Positions 43,387-56,600 of a stretch of 64,000 nt of DNA are shown piece by piece (position 1 is the stretch's first letter; each line of letters opens with the position of its first letter). A model generated the notes under the pieces. The model was not told where the DNA came from, searched no databases, and was given only the letters and a program-made list of their open reading frames with translations. Origin of the DNA: Eledone cirrhosa (lineage: Eukaryota). The stretch spans positions 410,440,001 to 410,504,000 of the forward strand of contig OZ024741.1 of NCBI GenBank assembly GCA_964016885.1, given 5' to 3'. A program made the translations under genes and the position numbers.

Positions 43387-46300
43387 CATCTGTAAATTAA
43401 ATCACCAGCAACTACTGTCTCTAAGCAACCTATCCTTCTGTAAACTAAATCACCAGCAACTACTGTCTCAGAGCAACCTCTACTTCTGTAAATTAAATCA
43501 CCAGCAACTACTGTCTCTAAGCAACCTATCCTTCTGTAAACTAAATCACCAGCAACTACTGTCTCAGAGCAACCTCTACTTCTGTAAATTAAATCACCAG
43601 CAACTACTGTCTCTGAGCAACCTCTACTTCTGTAAATTAAATCACCAGCAACTACTGTCTCTGAGGAGCCTCTACTTCTGTAAATTAAATCACCATCAAC
43701 TACTGTCTCTAAGCAACCTCCACCTCTACTAATTAAATCACCAGCAACTACTGTCTCTGAGGAGCCTCTATTTCTGTAAATTAAATCACCAGCAACTACT
43801 GTCTCTAAGCAACCTCCACCTCTACTAATTAAATCACCAGCAACTACTTTCTCTAAGCACCCTCCACTTTTACGAATTAAATCACCAGCAACTACTGTCT
43901 CTGAGCTACCTCTACTTCTGTAAATTAAATCACCAGCAACTACTGTCTCTGAGGAGCCTCTATTTCTGTAAGTTAAATCACCATCAACTGCTGTCTCTGA
44001 GGAGCCTCCACTTCTACTAATTAAATCACCAGCAACTACTGTCTCTAAGCACCCTCCAACTTCACTAATTAAATCACCAGCAACTACTGTCTCTAAGCAA
44101 CCTCCAACTTTACTAAATAAATCACCAGCAACTACTGTCTCTGAGCAATCTCCACCTCTTCTAAGTAAATCACCAGTAACTACTGTCTCTGAGCAACCTC
44201 CACATCTACTAATTAAATCACCAGCAACTACTGTCTCTGAGGAGCCTTTACTCCTGTAAATTAAATCACCAGCAACTACTGTCTCTGAGCAACCTCCGCC
44301 TCTACTAATTAAATAACAGCAACTACCGTCTCTGAGCAACCTCTACTTCTGTAAATTAAATAACCAGCAACTACTGTCTCTAAGCAAACTACACCTCTTC
44401 TAACGAATTCACCAGCAAGTACTGTCTTTGAGAAACATCTACTTCTGTAAATTAAATCACCAGCAACTACTGTCTCTGAGCAACCTCTACTTCTGTAAAT
44501 TAAATCACCAGCAACTACTGCCTTTGAGCAACCTCTACTTCTGTAAATTAAATCACCAGCAACTAGTCTCTGAGGAGCCTCTACTTCTGTAAATTTAATC
44601 ACCAGCAACTACTGTCTCTAAGCAACCTCCAACTCTACTAATTAAATAACCAGCAACTACTGTCTCTGAGCAACATCTACTTCTGTAATTTAAATCACCA
44701 GCAACTACTGTCTTTGACCAACCTCTACTTCTGTAAATTAAATCACCAGCAACTACTGTCTTTGACCAACCTCTACTTCTGTAAATTAAATCACCAGCAA
44801 CCACTGTCACTAAGCAACCCCCACCTCTACTAATTAAATCAGCAGCAACTACTGTCTCTGAGGAGCCTCTACTTCTGTAAATTAAATCACCACCAACTAC
44901 TGTCTCTAAGCAACCTATCCTTCTGTAAATTAAGTCACCAGCAACTACTGTCTCAGAGCAACCTCTACTTCTGTAAATTAAATCACCAGCAACTACTGTC
45001 TCTGAGCAACCTCTACTTCTGTAAATTAAATCACCAGCAACTACTGTCTCTGAGGAGCCTCTACTTCTGTAAATTAAATCACCATCAAATACTGTCTCTA
45101 AGCAACCTCCACCTCTACTAATTAAATCAACAGCAACTACTGTCACTAAGCACCCTCCACTTTTAATAATTAAATCACCAGCAACTACTGTCTCTGAGCA
45201 ACCTCCACCTCTACTAATTAAATCACCAGCAACTACTGTCTCTGAGGAGCCTCTATTTCTGTAAATTAAATCATCAGCAACTACTGTCTCTAAGCAACCT
45301 CCACCTCTACTAATTAAATCCCCAGCAACTACTGTCTCTAAGCACCCTCCACCTTTACTAATTAAATCACCAGCAACTACTGTCTCTAAGCAACCTCCAA
45401 CTTTACTAAATAAATCACCAGCAACTACTGTCTCTGAGCAATCTCCACCTCTTCTAAGTAAATCACCAGTAACTACTGTCTCTGAGCAACCTCCACATCT
45501 ACTAAATAAATCACCAGCAACTACTGTCTCTGAGGAGCCTCTACTTCTGTAAATTAAATCACCAGCAACTACAGTCTCTGAGCAATCTCCACCTCTACTA
45601 ATTAAATAACAGCAACTACCGTTTCTGAGCAACCTCTACTTCTGTAAATTAAATTACCAGCAACTACTGTCTCTAAGCAAACTACACCTCTTCTAACGAA
45701 TTCACCAGCAACTACTGTCTTTGACCAACCTATCCTTCTGTAAATTAAATCACCAGCAACTACTGTCTCAGAGCAACCTCTACTTCTGTAAATTAAATCA
45801 CCAGCAAATACTGTCTCTGAGCAACCTCTACTTCTGTAAATTAAATCACCAGCAACTACTGTCTCTGAGGAGCCTCTACTTCTGTAAATTAAATGACCAT
45901 CAACTACTGTCTCTAAGCAACCTCCACCTCTACTAATTAAATCACCAGCAACTACTGTCTCTGAGGAGCCTCTATTTCTGTAAATTAAATCACCAGCAAC
46001 TACTGTCTCTAAGCAACCTCCACCTCTACTAATTAAATCACCAGCAACTACTGTCTCTAAGTCACCTCCAACTTTACTAAATAAATCACCAGCAACTACT
46101 GTCTCTGAGCAATCTCCACCTCTTCTAAGTAAATCACCAGTAACTACTGTCTCTGAGCAACCTCCATATCTATTAATTAAATAACCAGCAACTACTGTCT
46201 CCGAGGTGCCTCTACTTCTGTACATTAAATCACCAGCAACTACCGTCTCTGAGCAACCTCTACTTCTCTAAATTAAATCACCAGCAACTACTGTCTCTAA

Positions 46301-48029
46301 GCAAACTACACCTCTTCTAACGAATTCACCAGCAAGTACTGTCTTTGAGCAACATCTACTTCTGTAAATTAAATCACCAGCAACTACTGCCTTTGAGCAT
46401 ACTCTACTTCTGTAAATTAAATCACCAGCAACTACTGTCTCTGAGCAACCTCTATTTCTGTAAATTAAATCACCAGCAACTACTGTCTCTAAGCAACCTC
46501 CAACTTTACTAATTAATTCACCAGCAGTACTGTCTCTAAGCAACCTCCAACTTTACTAATTAAATCACCAACAACCACTGCCTCTACGCGACCCCTACCT
46601 TCACTAATTAAATCACCAGCAGCTACTGTCTGTAAGCAAACCCCACCTTTACTAATTAAATAACAGCAAATACTGTCTCTGAGAAATCTCCACCTCTTCT
46701 AATTAAATCACCAGTAACTACTGTCTCTGAGCAACCTCCACCTCTTCTAATTAAATCAGCAGCAACTACTGTCTCTGAGGAGCCTAAACTTCTGTAAATT
46801 AAATCACCAGCAACTACTGTCTCTGAGCAACCTCTACTTCTGTAAATTAAATCACCAGCAACTACTGTCTCTGAGGAGCCTCTATTTCTGTAAGTTAAAT
46901 CACCATCAACTGCTGTCTCTGAGGAGCCTCCACTTCTACTAATTAAATCACCAGCAACTACTGTCTCTAAACACCCTCCAACTTCACTAATTAAATCACC
47001 AGCAACTACTGTCTCTGAGCAATCTCCACCTCTTCTAAGTATATCACCAGTAACTACTGTCTCTGAGCAACCTCCACATCTACTAATTAAATCACCAGCA
47101 ACTACTGTCTCTGAGGAGCCTTTACTCCTGTAAATTAAATCACCAGCAACTACTGTCTCTGAGCAACCTCCACCTCTACTAATTAAATAACAGCAACTAC
47201 CGTCTCTGAGCAACCTCTACTTCTGTAAATTAAATCACCAGCAACTACTGTCTCTGAGCAACCTCTACTTCTGTAAATTAAATCACCAGCAACTACTGCC
47301 TTTGTGCAACCTCTACTTCTGTAAATTAAATCACCAGCAACCACTGTCACTAAGCAACCCCCACCTCTACTAATTAAATCACCAGCAACTACTGTCTCTG
47401 AGGAGCCTCTACTTCTGTAAATTAAATCACCAACAACTACTCTCTCTGAGCAACCTCCACCACTACTAATTAAATCAGCAGCAACTACTGTCTCTGAGGA
47501 GCCTCTACTTCTGTAAATTAAATCACCACCAACTACTGTCTCTAAGCAACCTATCCTTCTGTAAATTAAGTCACCAGCAACTACTGTCTCAGAGCAACCT
47601 CTACTTCTGTAAATTAAATCACCAGCAACTACTGTCTCTGAGCAACCTCTACTTCTGTAAATTAAATCACCAGCAACTACTGTCTCTGAGAAGCCTCTAT
47701 TTCTGTAAATTAAATCACCATCAACTACTCCCTCTAAGCAACCTCCACCTCTACTAATTAAATCACCAGCAACTACTGTCTCTGAGGAGCCTCTATTTCT
47801 GTAAATTAAATCACCAGCAACTACTATCTCTAAGCAACCTCCACCTCCACTAATTAAATCACCAGCAACTACTGTCTCTAAGTCACCTCCAACTTTACTA
47901 AATAAATCACCAGCAACTACTGTCTCTGGGCAATCTCCACCTCTTCTAAGTAAATCACCAGTAACTACTGTCTCTGAGCAACCTCCACATCTATTAATTA
48001 AATCACCAGCAACTACTGTCTCTGAGGTG

Positions 48030-51000
48030 CCTCTACTTCTGTACATTAAATCACCAGCAACTACCGTCTCTGAGCAACCTCTACTTCTGTAAATTAAATC
48101 ACCAGCAACTACAGTCTCTAAGCAAACTACACCTCTTCTAACGAATTCACCAGCAAGTACTGTCTTTGAGCAACATCTACTTCCGTAAATTAAATCACCA
48201 GCAACTACTGCCTTTGAGCATACTCTACTTCTGTTAATTAAATCACCAGCAACTACTGTCTCTGAGCAACCTCTATTTCTATAAATTAAATCACCAGCAA
48301 CTACTGTCTCTAAGCAACCTCCAACTTTACTAATTAATTCACCAGCAACTACTGTCTCTAAGCAACCTCCACCTTTACTAATTAAATCACCAACAACCAC
48401 TGCCTCTACGCGACCCCCACCTTCACTAATTAAATAACAGCAAATACTGTCTCTGAGAAATCTCCACCTCTTCTAATTAAATAACCAGTAACTACTGTCT
48501 CTGAGCAACCTCCACCTCTTCTAATTAAATCAGCAGCAACTACTGTCTCTGAGGAGCCTAAACTTCTGTAAATTAAATCACCAGCAACTACTGTCTCTGA
48601 GAAACCTCAACTTCTGTAAATTAAATCACCAGCAACTACTGTCTATGAGGAGCCTTATCTTCTGTAAATTAAATCACCGGCAACTACTGTCTTTAAGCAA
48701 CCTCCACCTCTACTAATTAAAATCACCAGCAACTACTGTCTCCGAGCAACCTCCACATCTACTAATTAAATCACCAGCAACTACTGTCTCTGAGCAACCT
48801 CTACGTCTGTAAATTAAATCACCAGCAACTACTGTCTTTGACCAACCTCTACTTCTCTAAATTAAATCACCAGCAACTACTGTCTCTGAGAAACCTCCAC
48901 CTCTACTAATTAAATCCTCAGCAACTACCGGCTCTGAGCAACCTCTACTTCTGTGAATTAAATCACCAGCAACTACTGTCTCTAAGCAACATCCACCTCT
49001 ACTAATTAAATCACCAGCAACTACTATCTCTAAGCAACCTCCACCTTTTCTAATTAAATCACCAGCAACCAGTGTCACTAAGCAACCCCCACCTTTACTA
49101 ATTAAATCACCAGCAACTACTGTCTCTGAGAACCCTCCACCTCTACTAATTAAATCACCAGCAACTACTGTCTCTGGGGAGCCTCTACTTCTGTAAATTA
49201 AATCACCAGCAACTACTGTCTATGAGGAGCCTAAACTTCTGTAAATCAAATCACCAACAACTACTGTCTCTAAGCAACCTCCACCTCTACTAGTTAAAAT
49301 CACCAGCAACTAATGTCTCCGAGCAATCTCCACATCTACTTATTAAATCACCAGCAACTACTGTCTCTGAGGAGACTCTACTTCTGTAAATTAAAACAGC
49401 AGAAACTACTGTCTGTGAGCAACGTCCACCTCTACTAATTAAATCACCAGCAACTACTGTCTTTGAGCAACCTCTACTTCTGTACATTAAATCACCAGCA
49501 ACTACCGTCTCTGAGCAACCTCTACTTCTGTAAATTAAATCACCAGCAACTACAGTCTCTAAGCAAACTACACCTCTTCTAACGAATTCACCAGCAAGTA
49601 CTGTCTTTGAGCAACATCTACTTCCGTAAATTAAATCACCAGCAACTACTGCCTTTGAGCATACTCTACTTCTGTTAATTAAATCACCAGCAACTACTGT
49701 CTCTGAGCAACCTCTATTTCTATAAATTAAATCACCAGCAACTACTGTCTCTAAGCAACCTCCAACTTTACTAATTAATTCACCAGCAACTACTGTCTCT
49801 AAGCAACCTCCACCTTTACTAATTAAATCACCAACAACCACTGCCTCTACGCGACCCCCACCTTCACTAATTAAATAACAGCAAATACTGTCTCTGAGAA
49901 ATCTCCACCTCTTCTAATTAAATAACCAGTAACTACTGTCTCTGAGCAACCTCCACCTCTTCTAATTAAATCAGCAGCAACTACTGTCTCTGCGGAGCCT
50001 AAACTTCTGTAAATTAAATCACCAGCAACTACTGTCTCTGAGAAACCTCAACTTCTGTAAATTAAATCACCAGCAACTACTGTCTATGAGGAGCCTTATC
50101 TTCTGTAAATTAAATCACCGGCAACTACTGTCTTTAAGCAACCTCCACCTCTACTAATTAAAATCACCAGCAACTACTGTCTCCGAGCAACCTCCACATC
50201 TACTAATTAAATCACCAGCAACTACTGTCTCTGAGCAACCTCTACGTCTGTAAATTAAATCACCAGCAACTACTGTCTTTGACCAACCTCTACTTCTCTA
50301 AATTAAATCACCAGCAACTACTGTCTCTGAGCAACCTCCACCTCTACTAATTAAATCCTCAGCAACTACCGGCTCTGAGCAACCTCTACTTCTGTGAATT
50401 AAATCACCAGCAACTACTGTCTCTAAGCAACATCCACCTCTACTAATTAAATCACCAGCAACTACTATCTCTAAGCAACCTCCACCTTTTCTAATTAAAT
50501 CACCAGCAACCAGTGTCACTAAGCAACCCCCACCTTTACTAATTAAATCACCAGCAACTACTGTCTCTGAGAACCCTCCACCTCTACTAATTAAATCACC
50601 AGCAACTACTGTCTCTGAGGAGCCTCTACTTCTGTAAATTAAATCACCAGCAACTACTGTCTATGAGGAGCCTAAACTTCTGTAAATCAAATCACCAACA
50701 ACTACTGTCTCTAAGCAACCTCCACCTCTACTAGTTAAAATCACCAGCAACTAATGTCTCCGAGCAATCTCCACATCTACTTATTAAATCACCAGCAACT
50801 ACTGTCTCTGAGGAGACTCTACTTCTGTAAATTAAAACAGCAGAAACTACTGTCTGTGAGCAACGTCCACCTCTACTAATTAAATCACCAGCAACTACTG
50901 TCTTTGAGCAACCTCTACTTCTGTACATTAAATCACCAGCAACTACCGTCTCTGAGCAACCTCTACTTCTGTAAATTAAATCACCAGCAACTACAGTCTC

Positions 51001-52261
51001 TAAGCAAACTACACCTCTTCTAACGAATTCACCAGCAAGTACTGTCTTTGAGCAACATCTACTTCCGTAAATTAAATCACCAGCAACTACTGCCTTTGAG
51101 CATACTCTACTTCTGTTAATTAAATCACCAGCAACTACTGTCTCTGAGCAACCTCTATTTCTATAAATTAAATCACCAGCAACTACTGTCTCTAAGCAAC
51201 CTCCAACTTTACTAATTAATTCACCAGCAACTACTGTCTCTAAGCAACCTCCACCTTTACTAATTAAATCACCAACAACCACTGCCTCTACGCGACCCCC
51301 ACCTTCACTAATTAAATAACAGCAAATACTGTCTCTGAGAAATCTCCACCTCTTCTAATTAAATAACCAGTAACTACTGTCTCTGAGCAACCTCCACCTC
51401 TTCTAATTAAATCAGCAGCAACTACTGTCTCTGCGGAGCCTAAACTTCTGTAAATTAAATCACCAGCAACTACTGTCTCTGAGAAACCTCAACTTCTGTA
51501 AATTAAATCACCAGCAACTACTGTCTATGAGGAGCCTTATCTTCTGTAAATTAAATCACCGGCAACTACTGTCTTTAAGCAACCTCCACCTCTACTAATT
51601 AAAATCACCAGCAACTACTGTCTCCGAGCAACCTCCACATCTACTAATTAAATCACCAGCAACTACTGTCTCTGAGCAACCTCTACGTCTGTAAATTAAA
51701 TCACCAGCAACTACTGTCTTTGACCAACCTCTACTTCTCTAAATTAAATCACCAGCAACTACTGTCTCTGAGCAACCTCCACCTCTACTAATTAAATCCT
51801 CAGCTTTTCTAATTAAATCACCTTTTCTAATTAAATCACCAGCAACCAGTGTCACTAAGCAACCCCCAACTTTACTAATTAAATCAGCAGCAACTACTGT
51901 CTCTGAGAACCCTCCACCTCTACTAATTAAATCACCAGCAACTACTGTCTCTGAGGAGCCTCTACTTCTGTAAATTAAATCACCAGCAACTACTGTCTAT
52001 GAGGAGCCTAAACTTCTGTAAATCAAATCACCAACAACTACTGTCTCTAAGCAACCTCCACCTCTACTAGTTAAAATCACCAGCAACTAATGTCTCCGAG
52101 CAATCTCCACATCTACTTATTAAATCACCAGCAACTACTGTCTCTGAGGAGACTCTACTTCTGTAAATTAAAACAGCAGAAACTACTGTCTGTGAGCAAC
52201 GTCCACCTCTACTAATTAAATCACCAGCAACTACTGTCTTTGAGCAACCTCTACTTCTGTA
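48030..52261. repeat. Higher-order repeat, period 1441 bp (30 monomers), about 3 copies, third copy rearranged at about 51805
   Basis: ORF right ends 48400/49841/51282 and ORF pair 48857/50298 are offset 1441; marker CTACGCGACCCCCACC occurs three times at this spacing. Confidence 0.93.
51805..51840. repeat. 18-bp direct tandem duplication TTTTCTAATTAAATCACC x2 at a deletion junction
   Basis: Sequence reads ...AATCCTCAGC TTTTCTAATTAAATCACC TTTTCTAATTAAATCACC AGCAACCAGTG..., compared with the intact paralogue at 50354-50520. Confidence 0.92.
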
Positions 52262-53679
52262 AATTAAATCACCAGCAACTAGTGTCTCTCAGCAACCTCC
52301 ACGTCTTCAAATTAAATCACCAGCAGCTACTGTCTCTAAGCAATCTCCACTTCTTATAATTAAATCACCAGCAACTACTGTCTCTGAGCAACCTCTACTT
52401 CTGTAAATTAAATCACCATCAACTACTGTCTAGGAAGAGCCTCTATTTATGTAAATTAAATCACCATCAACTACTGTCTCTAAGCAAACTCCACCTATAC
52501 TAATTAAATCACCAGCAACTACTGTCTCTAAGCAACCTCCAACTTTACTAAATAAATCACCAGCAACTACTGTCTGTGAGCAATCTCCACCTCTTCTAAG
52601 TAAATCACCAGTAACTACTGTCTCTGAGCAACCTACACATCTATTAATTAAATCACCAGCAACTACTGTCTCTGAGGAGCCTCTACTTCTGTAAATTAAA
52701 TCACCAGCAACTACTGTCTCTGAGCAACCTCCATCTCTACTAATTAAATAACAGCAACTACCGTCTCTGAGCAACCTCTACCTCTGTAAATTAAATCACC
52801 AGCAACTACTGTCTCTAAGCAAACTACACCTCTTCTAACGAATTCACCAGCAAGTACTGTCTTTGAGCAACATCTACTTCTGTAAATTAAATCACCACCA
52901 ACTACTGTCTCTGAGCAGCCTCTACTTCTGTAAATTAAATCACCAGCAACTACTGCCTCTGAGCATCCTCTACTTCTGTAAATTAAATCACCAGCAACTA
53001 CTGTCTCTGAGCAACCTCTATTTCTGTAAATTAAATCACCAGCAACTACTGTCTCAAAGCAACCTCCACCTTTACTAATTAAATCACCAGCAACTACTGT
53101 CTCTCAGCAACCTCCACCTTTACTAATTAAATCACCAGCAACCACCGTCTTTAAGCAAACCCCACCTTTACTAATTAAATCACCAGCAACTACTGTCTCT
53201 AAGCAACCTCCAACTTTACTAATTAATTCACCAGCAACTACTGTCTCTAAGCAACCTCCACCTTTACTAATTAAATCACCAACAACCAGTGCCTCTAAGC
53301 AACCCCCACCTTCAATAATTAAATCACCAGCAGCTACTGTCTCTAAACAACCCCCACCTTTACTAATTAAATAACAGCAACTACTGTCTCTGAGAAATCT
53401 CCACCTCTTCTAATTAAATCACCATTAACTACTGTCTCTGAGCAACCTCCAACTCTTCTAATTAAATCAGCAGCAACTACTGTCTCTGAGGAGCCTAAAC
53501 TTCTGTAAATTAAATCACCAGCAACTACTGTCTCTGAGCAACCTCTACTTATGTAAATCAAATCACCAGCAACTACTGTCTATGAGGAGCCTAAACTTCT
53601 GTAAATTAAATCTCCGGCAACTACTGTCTCTAAGCAACCTCCACCTCCACTAATTAAAATCACCAGCAAATACTGTCTC

Positions 53680-56600
53680 CGAGCAACCTCCACATCTACT
53701 AATTAAATCACCAGCAACTACTGTCTCTAAGCAACCTCTACCTCTACTAATTAAATCACCAGCAACTACTGTCTCTGAGCAACCTCCTCCTATTCTAATT
53801 AAATCAGCAGCAACCACTGTCTTTAATCAACCCAGACCTTTACTAATTAAATCACCAGCAACTACTGTCTCAAAGCAACCTACACCTCTTCTAATTAAAT
53901 CCCCAGCAACTACTGTCTCTGAGAACCCTCTACTTCTGTAAATTAAATCAACAGCAACCACAGTCTCTGAGCATCCTCTACTTCTGTAAATTAAATCACC
54001 AGCAACTTCTGCCTCTGAGCAACCTCTACTTCTGTAAGTGAAATCACCAGCAACTAGTCTGTGAGGAGCCTCTATTTCTGTACGTTAAATCACCAGCAAC
54101 TACTGTCTCTAAGCAACCTCCACCTTTGCTAATTAAATCACCAGCAACTACTGTCTCTATGCAACCTCCACCTTTACTAATTAAATCACCAACAACCACT
54201 GCTTCTAAGCAACCCCCACCTTTACTAATTAAATCACCAGCAGCTACTGTCTCTAAGCAACCCCCACCTTTACTAATTAAATAACAGCAACTACTGTCTC
54301 TGAGAAATCTCCACCTCTTCTAATTAAATCACCAGTAACTACTGTCTCTGAGCAACCTCCACCTCTTCTAATTAAATCAGCAGCAACTACTGTCTCTGAG
54401 GAGCCTAAACTTCTGTAAATTAAATCACCGGCAACTACTGTTTCTAAGCAACCCCCACCTTTACTAATTAAATAACAGCAACTACTGTCTCTGAGAAATC
54501 TCCACCTCTTCTAATTAAATCACCAGCAACTACCGGCTCTGAGCAACCTCTACTTCTGTGAATTAAATCACCAGCAACTACTGTCTATGAGGAGCCTAAA
54601 CTTCTGTAAATTAAATGACCGGCAACTACTGTCTCTAAGCAACCTCCACCTCTACTAATTAAAATCACCAGCAAATACTGTCTCCGAGCAACCTCCACAT
54701 CTACTAATTAAATCACCAGCAACTACTGTCTCTGAGCAACCTCTACTTCTGTAAATTAAAACAGCAGAAACTACTGTCTCTAAGCAACCTACATCTCTTC
54801 TAACGAAATCACCAGCAACTACTGTCTTTGAGCAACCTCTACTTCTGTAAATTAAATCACCAGCAACTGGTGTCTCTCAGCAACCTCCACGTCTTCAAAT
54901 TAAATCACCAGCAACTACTGTCTCTAAGCAATCTCCACTTTTTATAATTAAATCACCAGCAACTACTGTCTCTGCGGGGCCTAAACTTCTGTAAATTAAA
55001 TCACTAGCAACTACTGTCTCTGAGCAACCTCTATATCTGAAAATTAAATCACCATCAACTACTGCCGTTGAGCAACCTCTATTTCTGTAAATTAAATCAC
55101 CAGCAACTACTGTCTCTAAGCAACCTCCACCTTTACTAATTAAATCACCAGCAACAACTGTCTCTCAGCAAACTACACATTTACTAATTAAATCAGCAGC
55201 AACCACTGTCTTTAAGCAAACCCCACCTTTACTAATTAAATCACCAGCAACTACTGTCTCTACGCAACCTTCAACTTTACTAATTAATTCACCAGCAACT
55301 ACTGTCTCTAAGTAACCTCCACCTTTACTAATTAAATCACCAACAACCACTGCCTCTAAGTAACCCCCACCTTCACTAATTAAATAACAGCAACTACTGT
55401 CTCTGAGAAATCTCCACCTCTTCTAATTAAATCACCAGTAACTACTGTCTCTGAGCAACCTCCACCTCTTCTAATTAAATCAGCAGCAACTACTGTCTCT
55501 GAGGAGCCTAAACTTCTGTAAATTAAATCACCAGCAACTACAGTCTCTGAGCAACCTCTACTTCTGTAAATTAAATCCCCTGCAACTACTGTCTATGAGG
55601 AGCCTAAACTTCTGTAAATTAAATCACCGGCAACTAATGTCTCTAAGCAACCTCCACCTCTACTAATTAAAATCACCAGCAACTACTGTCTCCGAGCAAC
55701 CTCCACATCTACTAATTAAATCACCAGCAACTACTGTCTCTAAGCAACCTCTACCTCTACTAATTAAATCACCAGCAACTACTGTCTCTGAGCAACCTCC
55801 TCCTATTCTAATTAAATCAGCAGCAACCACTGTCTTTAATCAACCCAGACCTTTACTAATTAAATCACCAGCAACTACTGTCTCTAAGCAACCTCCACCT
55901 CTACTAATTGAATCACCAGCAACTACTGTCTCTGAGGAGGCTCTACTTCTGTAAATTAAATCACCAACAACTACTGTCTCAAAGCAACCTACACCTCTTC
56001 TAATTAAATCCCCAGCAACTACTGTCTCTGAGAACCCTCTACTTCTGTAAATTAAATCAACAGCAACTACAGTCTCTGAGCATCCTCTACTTCTGTAAAT
56101 TAAATCACCAGCAACTTCTGCCTCTGAGCAACCTCTACTTCTGTAAGTGAAATCACCAGCAACTAGTCTGTGAGGAGCCTCTATTTCTGTACGTTAAATC
56201 ACCAGCAACTACTGTCTCTAAGCAACCTCCACCTTTGCTAATTAAATCACCAGCAACTACTGTCTCTATGCAACCTCCACCTTTACTAATTAAATCACCA
56301 ACAACCACTGCTTCTAAGCAACCCCCACCTTTACTAATTAAATCACCAGCAGCTACTGTCTCTAAGCAACCCCCACCTTTACTAATTAAATAACAGCAAC
56401 TACTGTCTCTGAGAAATCTCCACCTCTTCTAATTAAATCACCAGTAACTACTGTCTCTGAGCAACCTCCACCTCTTCTAATTAAATCAGCAGCAACTACT
56501 GTCTCTGAGGAGCCTAAACTTCTGTAAATTAAATCACCGGCAACTACTGTTTCTAAGCAACCCCCACCTTTACTAATTAAATAACAGCAACTACTGTCTC

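Noticed and set aside
43410-43600. 96-bp (2-monomer) local duplication, and a similar 142-bp one near 846-1070
   Set aside because: Real but ordinary small-scale slippage within the array; adds nothing beyond the larger findings.
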